Source: an uncultured Chloroflexia bacterium (lineage in GTDB: Bacteria; Chloroflexota; Limnocylindria; Limnocylindrales; CSP1-4). From it: a DNA stretch of 64,000 nt. The DNA is taken from contig CAVRBO010000004.1 of assembly GCA_963719285.1 (NCBI GenBank), positions 842,064-906,063 of the forward strand. Direction: 5' to 3'. The notes under the pieces were generated by a model. That model was given only the letters and a program-made list of their open reading frames with translations. It did not search any database and was not told the DNA's origin. The position numbers were made by a program, and so were the translations under genes. Positions 49,490 to 58,280 of the stretch are shown piece after piece (the first letter of the stretch is position 1; every line of letters starts with the position of its first letter).

Positions 49490-50347
49490 ATGCGTCTCGT
49501 CTACAACTCCAATTCGACGATGTACCTCCCGGCGCTCATGCAGATCCGGATCGCCCGGGAGACCGGCTGGGACGGGATCTTCGTCCGGGCCGAGCACCTC
49601 CTGCGCTACCTCGCCCAGGGCTACCCGGTCGAGAGCCTGCGCGACGCGCTGGCCGGCCTGGGGCCGGTCAACCTGGGTGCGTTGCCGGACGTGGAGCGCT
49701 GGCGACCCGACGAGCGGGCCGCGATGCTCGCGGAGGCGGAGGCGCTGACCCGACTGGCGGTGGACGTCGGGGTCACGAACGTCCAGGTCCTGTCCGGACC
49801 GGTCTCCCCCGGCGGGGCGTACGGCGGCCCGGCGGAGCTGGCGCCGGCGGAGCTCCGGCGGGTGACCGCCGAGGCGATCCGGGCCGTCGCCGACCTCGGC
49901 GCGCCGCACGGGATCCGGTACTACCTGGAGCCCGTGGCATGGACGCCCCTCGGTTCGCTCGCCCGGGCGGTCGAGGCGATCGACGCCGTCGAGCGCGACA
50001 ACGTGGGCCTCGTGCTCGACTTCTGGCATCTCTGGCAGCGGGGCACGACGCCGGACGAGATCGCCAGGCTCGACCGCCGGGTCATCTCCGGGGTGGACTT
50101 CGCCGACTCGCTGGGTCCGGCGGGCGCGCCGACGCCGGAGCAGGCAACGCGCCGCGTCTGGCCGGGCGAGGGCGAGATCCCGCTCCGGGAGTGGGTCGCC
50201 GCGGTCCGTGCGACCGGCTTCGACGGCTGGTGGGACAACGAGTTGTACAGCCCGCTCCACTGGGAATGGGCGGATCCGTTCGCGGTCGGCTCCGGACTCC
50301 TGGAGGTCCTCCGGATGTCGCTGCGGGATCGACCCTCGGTCAGGTAG
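49490..50347 (+). CDS. Sugar phosphate isomerase/epimerase (xylose-isomerase-like TIM barrel; IolE/IolI-like)
   Basis: ...WDGIFVRAEHL...YYLEPVAWTPLGSLARAVEAIDAVERDNVGLVLDFWHLW... A CAGGAG ribosome-binding site is present. Confidence 0.75.
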   Translation: MRLVYNSNSTMYLPALMQIRIARETGWDGIFVRAEHLLRYLAQGYPVESLRDALAGLGPVNLGALPDVERWRPDERAAMLAEAEALTRLAVDVGVTNVQVLSGPVSPGGAYGGPAELAPAELRRVTAEAIRAVADLGAPHGIRYYLEPVAWTPLGSLARAVEAIDAVERDNVGLVLDFWHLWQRGTTPDEIARLDRRVISGVDFADSLGPAGAPTPEQATRRVWPGEGEIPLREWVAAVRATGFDGWWDNELYSPLHWEWADPFAVGSGLLEVLRMSLRDRPSVR

Positions 50348-50395
50348 ATTGACGTCGCGGATGCGCGGGTGCTACGGTCTGCGCAATCGGTTGCA
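50347..50395. promoter_or_regulatory. Putative promoter plus LacI-family operator (copy 2, autoregulatory position)
   Basis: GATTGACG is at 50347-50354. TGCGCAATCGGTTGCA at 50380-50395 is essentially the reverse complement of the 43357 site. It lies upstream of the LacI regulator gene. Confidence 0.5.
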
Positions 50396-50587
50396 GTCGT
50401 TGGAGGTGCGGTCCAAGATGCGTGCTTCCCCGCGCGATCTCCGGGCGACCGACGTCGCCTGGTCGGGCGACCTGCGCTGCCATCGGGCCGGATCGGCCGG
50501 TCGGGCACGCCAGCGGGCGGCCCTCGACCGGAGCGCCCGCGGGGCTGACCGCGCCCTTCGCGTCGCGGTCTAGGGGAGGAGGGGCGC

Positions 50588-51643
50588 GTGGCGGTGAGCG
50601 GGGACGGCCAGCGCCGTCGGATCCTCCTCAAGGATGTCGCCGCGCGGGCGAACGTGTCCGGTTCGACGGCATCGCGTGCCCTGGCCGACGATCCACGCAT
50701 CAGCCTCGGGACGCGTGAGACGGTCAAGGCCGCCGCGGCCGACCTGCACTACGTCCCGAACGCCGCCGCTCGGAGCCTCCGCGTCCGGCGGACGCGGACG
50801 CTCGGCCTGCTATTGCCGGATCTCCGCGATCCGGTCCACGGCCAGATCGCCTCCGCGTTCGAGCAGGAGGCCCGCGAGGCGGGCTATGTCGTGATGGTCG
50901 TGGCCGGCGAACGGGACCTCGTCCGCGAGCGCCTCGCGCTGCGCATCTTCTCGGAGCACGGCACGGACGGCGTGGCGATCGTGTCGAGCGTCCTGTCGCC
51001 CAGGGAGCTCCGGGAGCGGGTCGACCCCGACCGGCTCGTGCTCGTCTGGCCGGACCACCGGAGCCTGCCCCGGCGCGACGGGCCGCGCGTCCCCGGGGTG
51101 ATCCAGACCGATGACGAGAGCGGCGTCCGCGCGGCCGTCGATCACCTCGTCGACAGCGGCTGCCGGCGGCTGGGCTATGTCGAGAGCGGCGTGCGCGCCT
51201 CCAACACGATCCGTGCCGAGACCGTGGCCGCGACCCTGCGCTCGCGTGGCATCCGCGCCCCCGTGCGGATGTTCAAGGGGAGCGTCGACGCGTGGCGCGA
51301 CCCGGCCGACCTCGCGGCCGAGATCGCCGGGGACCTGCCCGACGCGCTGGTGTGCTACGACGATCTCCTCGCCCTCGGCCTCATGGACGCGCTGCGCGAT
51401 CGCGGCGTGCGCATCCCGGACGACGTCGGCATCGTGGGCTTCGACGGCATCCCGTTCGCGGCGATCTCCAATCCCCGGCTGACCACGGTGGCCGTACCGT
51501 CGGCCGAGATGGGCCGGGCGGCGGCCGCGTCGCTCATCCGGGCGGTCCACGAGGGCGTCCTGCCCGACGGGGTGATGTTGTCGGTGGAGTTCAAGGTCCG
51601 CGAGAGCACCCGCAGCGCAGCGGTGCGGGGTGGTCGCTCGTGA
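50588..51643 (+). CDS. LacI family transcriptional regulator
   Basis: LKDVAARANVSGSTASRALADDPRISLGTRETVKAAAADLHYVPNAAARSL is the LacI helix-turn-helix, followed by a periplasmic-binding-protein-like sugar-binding domain. A GTG start follows a GGAGGA ribosome-binding site. Confidence 0.85.
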   Translation: MAVSGDGQRRRILLKDVAARANVSGSTASRALADDPRISLGTRETVKAAAADLHYVPNAAARSLRVRRTRTLGLLLPDLRDPVHGQIASAFEQEAREAGYVVMVVAGERDLVRERLALRIFSEHGTDGVAIVSSVLSPRELRERVDPDRLVLVWPDHRSLPRRDGPRVPGVIQTDDESGVRAAVDHLVDSGCRRLGYVESGVRASNTIRAETVAATLRSRGIRAPVRMFKGSVDAWRDPADLAAEIAGDLPDALVCYDDLLALGLMDALRDRGVRIPDDVGIVGFDGIPFAAISNPRLTTVAVPSAEMGRAAAASLIRAVHEGVLPDGVMLSVEFKVRESTRSAAVRGGRS

Positions 51644-52586
51644 CGTGCCGATCCGACCCGCTCGGGCGCGAGGCGCGTCCCGGCCGGCCGATCCGTTGCC
51701 GCTGACGCCGGACGGGGGAGCCGAGCCGCAGGTCGATCTCGCGGATCTCGCCCGGCGCGGCCGGTTGCTGGTCGTCGAGTCGGTCGCCCACAGTGGCGCC
51801 GGGCACATCGGCGGCCCGCTGTCGGCGATGGACCTGCTCCTCGCCCTGTTCTTCCGGGTCCTGCGCATCCGCCCCGACGAGCCGGACTGGCCCGATCGGG
51901 ACCGGTTCATCCTGTCCAAGGGCCACTCCGCGATCGGGCTGTACGTGGCGATGGCGCTGCGCGGCTACTTCCCGGTCGAGGAGCTCGCGACGTTCGACAG
52001 CGGCGACAGCCGGCTCCAGGGCCACCCGGACATGACCCGCCTGCCCGGGCTCGAGGCGTCCACGGGTTCCCTTGGCCAGGGGCTCGCGGTCGGGCTCGGG
52101 ATCGCCCTGGGAGCGCGGATGCGCGGCCTGGACGTGCACACGTTCGTCATGCTCGGCGACGGTGAGACCCAGGAAGGGATGATCTGGGAGAGCGTGATGG
52201 TCGCGGCCCGCTACGGGCTGGGCAACCTCACCGCGATCGTCGACTGCAATGGCCTCCAGCAGTACGGCTGGCCGTTGAGCCCGGGCGACGAGGCTCGCGC
52301 CGACCGGCAGGACCCGCTGGCCGGGACGCGCCTTCGGGCCGCGCTCGAGGCGTTCGGCTGGCGCGTGCTGGAGATCGACGGCCACGACACGGAGGCGATC
52401 GTGGCGGCATGCACGGATGCCCGTGCCGGCGCGCCCGCCGGGCGGCCCACCGCGATCCTGGCTCGGACCGCGAAGGGCCGCGGGCTGTCGTTCACCGAAG
52501 GGCGGTTCGAGTGGCACGCCCGGGTGGCCACGGCCGACGAGGTGGCAGCGGCCAGGCGCGAGCTCGCGCCGGAGGTCGTGTCGTGA
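51630..52586 (+). CDS. Transketolase, N-terminal (TPP-binding) subunit of a split transketolase
   Basis: HSGAGHIGGPLSAMDLL...RDRFILSKGHSAIGLY...GSLGQGLAVGLGIA...FVMLGDGETQEG. The start is uncertain and overlaps the end of the LacI gene. Confidence 0.8.
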   Translation: MVARDVPIRPARARGASRPADPLPLTPDGGAEPQVDLADLARRGRLLVVESVAHSGAGHIGGPLSAMDLLLALFFRVLRIRPDEPDWPDRDRFILSKGHSAIGLYVAMALRGYFPVEELATFDSGDSRLQGHPDMTRLPGLEASTGSLGQGLAVGLGIALGARMRGLDVHTFVMLGDGETQEGMIWESVMVAARYGLGNLTAIVDCNGLQQYGWPLSPGDEARADRQDPLAGTRLRAALEAFGWRVLEIDGHDTEAIVAACTDARAGAPAGRPTAILARTAKGRGLSFTEGRFEWHARVATADEVAAARRELAPEVVS

Positions 52587-53542
52587 CGACCGCCATGCGC
52601 GACGCCTGGGCGGAGACCCTGTCCGAGCTCGCGGACGAGGACCCGAACCTGCTCGTCCTCGACGCGGACCTCGGGACCTCCACTCGGGCGGACCGGTTCG
52701 CGCTCGCGCACCCGGACCGCTTCCTGCAGATGGGCATCGCCGAGCAGAACATGGTCGGCACGGCGGTCGGGCTCGCGACGATGGGCTACGTCCCGTGGCT
52801 CTCGTCGTTCGGCGTGTTCTTCACCCACCGTGCGGTCGATCCGATCCGGATGCTCGTCGCCCAGACCCACGCGAACGTCAAGATCGGCGCGGCCTACACG
52901 GGGCTGCTCACCGGGTTCACCGGCAAGACCCACCAGGATGTCGAGGACCTCGCGATCATGCGGGCGATGCCGGGCATGACGGTGATCTCCCCGGGCGACG
53001 CCGCCGAGTGCGCGGCCGCGATCCGCTGGGCCACGGCGACGCCGGGTCCGGTCTACCTGCGCCTCGCTCGCGACGCGGGGCCCGACCTGTTCGATGCCGG
53101 GTACCGCTTCGAGCCCGGCCGGGTGGTCTCGTTGCGCGAGGGGTCGGACGTGCTTCTCGTCTCGACCGGCGTGCAGTCGGCGCGCTGCGTGGCGGCGGCC
53201 TCGCTCCTCGATGCGGCGGGCATCTCCGCGGGACTCCTCCACGTCCCGTCCATCAAGCCGGTGGATGCCGCCGCGATCGCCGCGGCGGCCGCGCGGGTCG
53301 AGCTCGTGGTGACGGTCGAGGAGCACACGATCCACGGCGGCCTGGGCGGTCTGGTGGCCGAGATCCTGGGCGAGCTGCAGCCCCGCCGGATGGTCCGCAT
53401 CGGCATCGCCGACACGTGGGGCGAGTCGGCGCCCAACGCCTTCCTGCTCGAGCGCCACGGACTGTCCGCCGAGCGGGTGGCCGAGCGCGTCGCGCGCGAG
53501 TTCCCCGGCGCCCCGGCGCAGGTCGGGACCACGGATCGATGA
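52583..53542 (+). CDS. Transketolase, C-terminal (pyrimidine-binding) subunit
   Basis: ...MGIAEQNMVGTAVGLATMGYVPW...FFTHRAVDPIRM... It overlaps the upstream stop (GTGA). Confidence 0.8.
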   Translation: MTTAMRDAWAETLSELADEDPNLLVLDADLGTSTRADRFALAHPDRFLQMGIAEQNMVGTAVGLATMGYVPWLSSFGVFFTHRAVDPIRMLVAQTHANVKIGAAYTGLLTGFTGKTHQDVEDLAIMRAMPGMTVISPGDAAECAAAIRWATATPGPVYLRLARDAGPDLFDAGYRFEPGRVVSLREGSDVLLVSTGVQSARCVAAASLLDAAGISAGLLHVPSIKPVDAAAIAAAAARVELVVTVEEHTIHGGLGGLVAEILGELQPRRMVRIGIADTWGESAPNAFLLERHGLSAERVAERVAREFPGAPAQVGTTDR

Positions 53543-53573
53543 CCACCAGGCCAGGGCTGATCGAGGAGATCGG

Positions 53574-54617
53574 ATGAGCGGATTCACGGTCAAGAATCCC
53601 GGCGACATCGGGGTCGCGTTCCTCGGCGTGGGCCGGATCGGCACGACCCACCTCCTGACCCTGGCCGGGATCCCCAACGCCCGCCTCGTCGTCGTCGCCG
53701 ATCTCGACCCGGCCGAGGCGGAGCGCGGCCGCGAGGTCGGACGGGCGGAGCGGGCGACGATCGACGCGCTCGACGCGATCGACGACCCGGCCGTGGAGGC
53801 GGTCGTCATCGTCACCCCTACCAGCACCCACGCCACCCTCATCGAGGCCGCCCTGCGGGCGGGCAAGGCGATCTGGAGCGAGAAGCCCATCGCCCTGGAC
53901 CTGGCCGAAACGAACCGGGTCGTCACCCTCTGGCGCGAGACCGGCCTGCCGGTCCAGATGGGGTTCATGCGCCGGTTCGATCCGGGCTACGTCCGGGCGA
54001 AGGAGCTCATCGACGCGGGCGAGCTCGGCCGCGTCGAGCAGTTCCGGGCGTATTCGCGCGACACGTACCTGCCGCCGGCCAAGTTCATCCGCGACAGTGG
54101 CGGGTCGTTCCTCGACATGAGCGTCCACGACTTCGACCTCGCCCGGTTCCTCGTCGGGGAGGTCGAGGAGGTCTCGGCCTGGGGCAGCAACGTCATCGAC
54201 CGGCGCTTCGAGGAGGGCGGCGACGTCGACACGGCCGTCACGATGCTCCGCTTCCGCAACGGGGCCTTGGGTGTCGTGGAGATGTCCCGGCGATCCGCCT
54301 GGGGCTACGACATACGGACGGAGGTCGCCGGTGCGGCCGGCAAGGTCGTCGTCGAGGCGCCCCACAAGACCGATCTGACCTTCTCGCGCCGGTTCGGCTA
54401 CGAGGGCGACCACTACGAGAACTTCCCCGATCGGTTCGAGGTGGCCTACCGGCTCGAGTTCGAGGCGTTCTTCAAGGCGCTCGCGGCGGGGGTCGTACCC
54501 ACACCGGGTCCGGACGAAGCGCTCGAGACGCTGCGGCTCGCGCTGGCGGCCAAGAAGAGCTGGCTCGAGGGGCGGCCGGTCAGGGTCGACGAGATCGTCG
54601 CCGAGGTGCCCGCGTGA
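53574..54617 (+). CDS. iolG: Inositol 2-dehydrogenase-like Gfo/Idh/MocA oxidoreductase
   Basis: GVAFLGVGRIGTTHL...IWSEKPIALDLAE...GELGRVEQFRAYSRD... A GAGGAG ribosome-binding site is present. Confidence 0.75.
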   Translation: MSGFTVKNPGDIGVAFLGVGRIGTTHLLTLAGIPNARLVVVADLDPAEAERGREVGRAERATIDALDAIDDPAVEAVVIVTPTSTHATLIEAALRAGKAIWSEKPIALDLAETNRVVTLWRETGLPVQMGFMRRFDPGYVRAKELIDAGELGRVEQFRAYSRDTYLPPAKFIRDSGGSFLDMSVHDFDLARFLVGEVEEVSAWGSNVIDRRFEEGGDVDTAVTMLRFRNGALGVVEMSRRSAWGYDIRTEVAGAAGKVVVEAPHKTDLTFSRRFGYEGDHYENFPDRFEVAYRLEFEAFFKALAAGVVPTPGPDEALETLRLALAAKKSWLEGRPVRVDEIVAEVPA

Positions 54618-55453
54618 CCGGGCCCGTCCGCCACCTTCGACCAGGGACCGGGCCGGGCGTCGTCCTCGACATGTCCCCGGAGAGCGTCGGCTGGCGCTAC
54701 CTGTCGTCCCGGATCGTCGTGCTGGGGCCCGGCGAGACCTTCGAGGGGGACACCGGCGGCAACGAGATCGCGGTCGTGCCGCTCCAGGGCTCCGGCACGT
54801 TCGCGTTCGGCGGCGAGACGCGTGCCGTCGCGCGGGCCGACGTCTTCACGGCCAAGCCGCAGGTCCTGTATCTGCCGCCGGGGACGGGCTATGTGATCGG
54901 CGCGGTCGGCGCCTTCGAGGTGGCGATCGGCGAGGCGCCCGCGACCGGTCGGTATCCGGCCCGCCTGTATGCGCCGGGCGAGCTGCCGGCCTTCGCGCGC
55001 GGTGGCGGGAATGTGAGCCGGGGCGTGACGGCGACCCTCGATCCATCGTTCGACTCGGAGCGGCTGATCGCCTACGAGATCCTCACCCCGAGCGGCAACT
55101 GGTCGAGCTTCCCGCCGCATCGTCACGACGGGCGCGAGGGGACGACCTATCACGAGGAGTCGTACTACTACCGGCTGTCGCCGGCCGATGGGTTCGCGAT
55201 CCAGCGGATCTACACCCGGGACACGGATCTCGACGTCGCGATCGCGGCGGCGGATGGCGACCTGGTCCTCGTCCATGAGGGCTACCACACGGTGGCGGTC
55301 GCACCCGGCACGAACGCGTACTACCTGAACTTCCTGGCCGGCGACACGAAGCCCGTGACCCAGCTCAACGATCCGGCCTACGCGTGGATCGCCGACGACT
55401 GGACCGGCCGGCCGATCGCGATCCCGCTCGATCCGGCGGACCCTCCCGGCTGA
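54614..55453 (+). CDS. iolB: 5-deoxy-glucuronate isomerase, second paralog
   Basis: VGWRYLSSRIVVLGPGE...TPSGNWSSFPPHRHDGREGTTYHEESYYYRL is the IolB family. It is roughly 35% identical by eye to the 47579 copy. A GTGA overlap with iolG is present. Confidence 0.8.
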   Translation: MTGPVRHLRPGTGPGVVLDMSPESVGWRYLSSRIVVLGPGETFEGDTGGNEIAVVPLQGSGTFAFGGETRAVARADVFTAKPQVLYLPPGTGYVIGAVGAFEVAIGEAPATGRYPARLYAPGELPAFARGGGNVSRGVTATLDPSFDSERLIAYEILTPSGNWSSFPPHRHDGREGTTYHEESYYYRLSPADGFAIQRIYTRDTDLDVAIAAADGDLVLVHEGYHTVAVAPGTNAYYLNFLAGDTKPVTQLNDPAYAWIADDWTGRPIAIPLDPADPPG

Positions 55454-55466
55454 CCCGGGTGCGTCC

Positions 55467-58061
55467 CTACCGTCCGGTCCGGTCGCCCAGCCTGCGGCGA
55501 AGGGTCTCGAGGCTCGTGTCGAGGAACGCGACCATGCGCGCCCGCTCGGCCGGGTCGGCCACGGCGGCCAGGCCGGCGACCCACGTCCGCGCGCCCTCGA
55601 TGACCTGTTCCACGACCCGTGCGTCCTCGACGGACGGCTCGAACGGCCGGCCCCCGACCTCGACGTACACGGGCGACGTGTGGGCCGCCATCGAGGTCTG
55701 GAAGGCCGATACGATCTCGTGCCGGCTGCGCGAGCGGGCGGCGATCCACGCCCCGGCCTCGACCGCGATCGTCTCGTGGAGCGCGAGCTCGGTCGTGCCG
55801 CCGGCCGCGCTCGTCGCCGCCACGATCCGGCCGTTCACGATCAGCTCCACCTCCGACACGACCGGCTGTGCGGCGCGCGCCCGGACCGCCACCTCGAGCC
55901 GGCCGCCCGAGCTCAGCCGGACCACGTCGCCCGGCTCGTGGCCATCGACGGCGAGTTCGAGGACCGGACCGGAGGTGACGAACGTGCGGCCGGCGCGGAC
56001 GGCGGCAGCCCACGTCTCGAACGTCAGCGTCTCGTCGGTCAGCAGGTGGACATATGCCCGGACCGCCCCGATCGGCACCTCCGACGACATCTTGTCGGTG
56101 CCGCCCACGATCGGCAGGCGATAGCCCAGGTTCAGGAAGCGGTACCACTCCAGCACCGACGGGTCGTCCAGGCCGGGAGACAGCGCCTGGGTCTCGAGGG
56201 CGTCGATCTTGCCGGCCACGATGTCGGCCCCGATCTCCGCGTACGGAAGCGGGAAGTGGGCCGCCACGACCAGGCCGCCGGCGGCGCGGCAGCGATCAGC
56301 CCAGTCGGCGAGCAGGACGTCGAGCGCGCCCGCCATCCGGCCCTCGGGCGGGCCGGCGCTGGCATACGGCAGCGTGGGCCGGTGGGCGCCGAGCAGCGCC
56401 AGATGGCCGAGCATGTTCTGGCGGTTCTCGGTCCCCACGACGACGAGTCGCCGGCCGGACGGGTCGGCCATCGAACCCCATGGCAGGTCCGTCACGTTCG
56501 TGTACAGCTCGCCCCACTGGGCGGCCAGGAGGTTGACCAGGTCGACGTCCTCGGCGGCGGCCTGGAGGAGGGCCGTGGACGGCGCCAGGAAGTGGACGTG
56601 GGTGTCGGCGGTGACCCAGCGGCCGGCGTGGAGGTCGATCGCCCGGGCGAGCGGCAGCTCGAGCCGGCGGGTCGCGGGATCCACCTCGATCCGGGCGCGG
56701 TGCGGCAGCCGGTCGAAGCCGCCGACGACCTCGACGTCCACGCCACCGACCGGCAGGTCGATCGCGAACCGGCCCGGGACATAGGCATACGCGGCGGTCC
56801 CGAGGATCAGGTCGCCGCCGGTGTCCTCGAAGAACGCCGGGTTGATCTCGTCGCGGTGGCCGACCGGCGGCAGGTACCGGCCGTCCGGCGTCGTGAAGCG
56901 GACCCGGCCGGGCACGCGCTCGCCGGTCGTCCGGTCCACGATGTCGACCTCCACCGGCACGCGCGGCGCGGGCAGGACCTCGATCGAGCGGAGGCCGGCC
57001 GGGTCGCGCGGCACGTTCCCGGCGAGCAGGTCCCGCCCGGGGACGTCCCAGTCGCCGAAGCCGACGACGGCATCGGGAGCGAGCGACAGGTCGACGACGC
57101 TCGATCCGACGGTCGGGGCGCCGGGCGCCACCCGCGGCGTCCCCCATCCGAAGATCGTGCCAACGTCCCCGGCTCCGTTCGCGCCCGGGGCGGTCGCTGC
57201 CGGAAGGGTCCGGATGATCGTCCCGAGATCCACCTGCGGTGGCCGGCCGTCGAACCCGTTCACGCGGACACTGAACCGCGGGCTCCGGACGAGGGGATCG
57301 CCGGTGCCCCGGAAGAGCGTGACCGCCGCGACGACGACGTCGCTCCCCGGCCTGCCGTCCGTCAGCGACTCGAGCCGGAGCGTCGCCGGCTCGGTCCCCG
57401 GCGGGAGCGCGATCGCGCACAGCCAGAGGAGCACGTCGTCAGTGGGGCTCGGCACGAAGTCGGACATCCCCACCTGGTTGCCGCCGAACGTGCCGGGCAT
57501 GATCGTGAGCGAGCCCGACTGGCCGGCCGGGGCGTACCGGCCCGGGCCCTGGGCGGCGTGCGGCCCGCGCCAATCGAGGACCTCGTTCGCCAGGTGCGGG
57601 ATGGCCGCGAACGGCGCCGAGCCCCAGCCCAGGATCCCGTCGTCGATCTCGAACCGGCGGCGGATCGTCCGCGACGTCTCGCGTCCGGTGCGGTCCGCGA
57701 CCGTGTACCGGGCGAGCGGCTCGCCGACCGGGACGACGTGGCCCACCGCCAGCCCTGGCGGTCGCCGGCCGGCGTCATCGCGCCAGGCATCGCACAGGTG
57801 GGCGACGACGACGTGGCTGGCGGACCCTTCGCCGGGCAGGTCCAGCGTCGCCGTCCCATCCAGCAGGATCCAGCGCGCGACGTCCGCGCCGGCGGCCGGG
57901 CCCAGCTCGAACGGCAGCCCATGGAACACCTGCGGCCCGTCCGGCAGGCGGGCCAGCGCGGGCTCGTAGACGGGGTGGAAGCGGGCGGCGACGACGCCTT
58001 CGGTCGCGTTCCGGAAGCGCTCCAGGTCGACCGTCCGGGCGAGCGGGCTGGAGCGTCCCAT
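55467..58061 (-). CDS. Large uncharacterised protein (864 aa), paralog of 40702-43299, with a C-terminal divergent PHP-like module
   Basis: Collinear with 40702-43299 over its full length, with many identical blocks (ARFHP.YE.ALARLP.GP.VF.GLPF.LG; RRRFEI.DGI.GWG; YAPAG; TADTHVHFLAPSTALLQAAAED; GTENRQNMLGHL; GGTDKMS). Confidence 0.8.
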   Translation of the reverse strand: MGRSSPLARTVDLERFRNATEGVVAARFHPVYEPALARLPDGPQVFHGLPFELGPAAGADVARWILLDGTATLDLPGEGSASHVVVAHLCDAWRDDAGRRPPGLAVGHVVPVGEPLARYTVADRTGRETSRTIRRRFEIDDGILGWGSAPFAAIPHLANEVLDWRGPHAAQGPGRYAPAGQSGSLTIMPGTFGGNQVGMSDFVPSPTDDVLLWLCAIALPPGTEPATLRLESLTDGRPGSDVVVAAVTLFRGTGDPLVRSPRFSVRVNGFDGRPPQVDLGTIIRTLPAATAPGANGAGDVGTIFGWGTPRVAPGAPTVGSSVVDLSLAPDAVVGFGDWDVPGRDLLAGNVPRDPAGLRSIEVLPAPRVPVEVDIVDRTTGERVPGRVRFTTPDGRYLPPVGHRDEINPAFFEDTGGDLILGTAAYAYVPGRFAIDLPVGGVDVEVVGGFDRLPHRARIEVDPATRRLELPLARAIDLHAGRWVTADTHVHFLAPSTALLQAAAEDVDLVNLLAAQWGELYTNVTDLPWGSMADPSGRRLVVVGTENRQNMLGHLALLGAHRPTLPYASAGPPEGRMAGALDVLLADWADRCRAAGGLVVAAHFPLPYAEIGADIVAGKIDALETQALSPGLDDPSVLEWYRFLNLGYRLPIVGGTDKMSSEVPIGAVRAYVHLLTDETLTFETWAAAVRAGRTFVTSGPVLELAVDGHEPGDVVRLSSGGRLEVAVRARAAQPVVSEVELIVNGRIVAATSAAGGTTELALHETIAVEAGAWIAARSRSRHEIVSAFQTSMAAHTSPVYVEVGGRPFEPSVEDARVVEQVIEGARTWVAGLAAVADPAERARMVAFLDTSLETLRRRLGDRTGR

Positions 58062-58094
58062 CAGGCTGGGTCGGGCCGGCGCGACCGGGCGCTG

Positions 58095-58141
58095 TATTGA
58101 CGGGCCATAGGTCGGACGCTAGCATCGTACAAACGGTTGCA
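58095..58141. promoter_or_regulatory. Putative promoter plus LacI-family operator (copy 3)
   Basis: TATTGACG is at 58095-58102. TACAAACGGTTGCA at 58128-58141 matches TGNAANCGNTTNCA in 13 of 14 positions. It lies in the divergent intergenic region between the large paralog (58061) and the PotA-like ABC operon (58281). Confidence 0.45.
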
Positions 58142-58280
58142 CAAGAGGGAGCTGATGCGCGCATCCCCACCCCCTGCCGCCCGATCATGGTGATCCCGAT
58201 ACACGAACGGGAGCTCCCCGCCGCGCCGACCGAGCCGGCTGTGCCCGAGACGCTGATCGCGCCAGCGAGCGGTTTCGACC

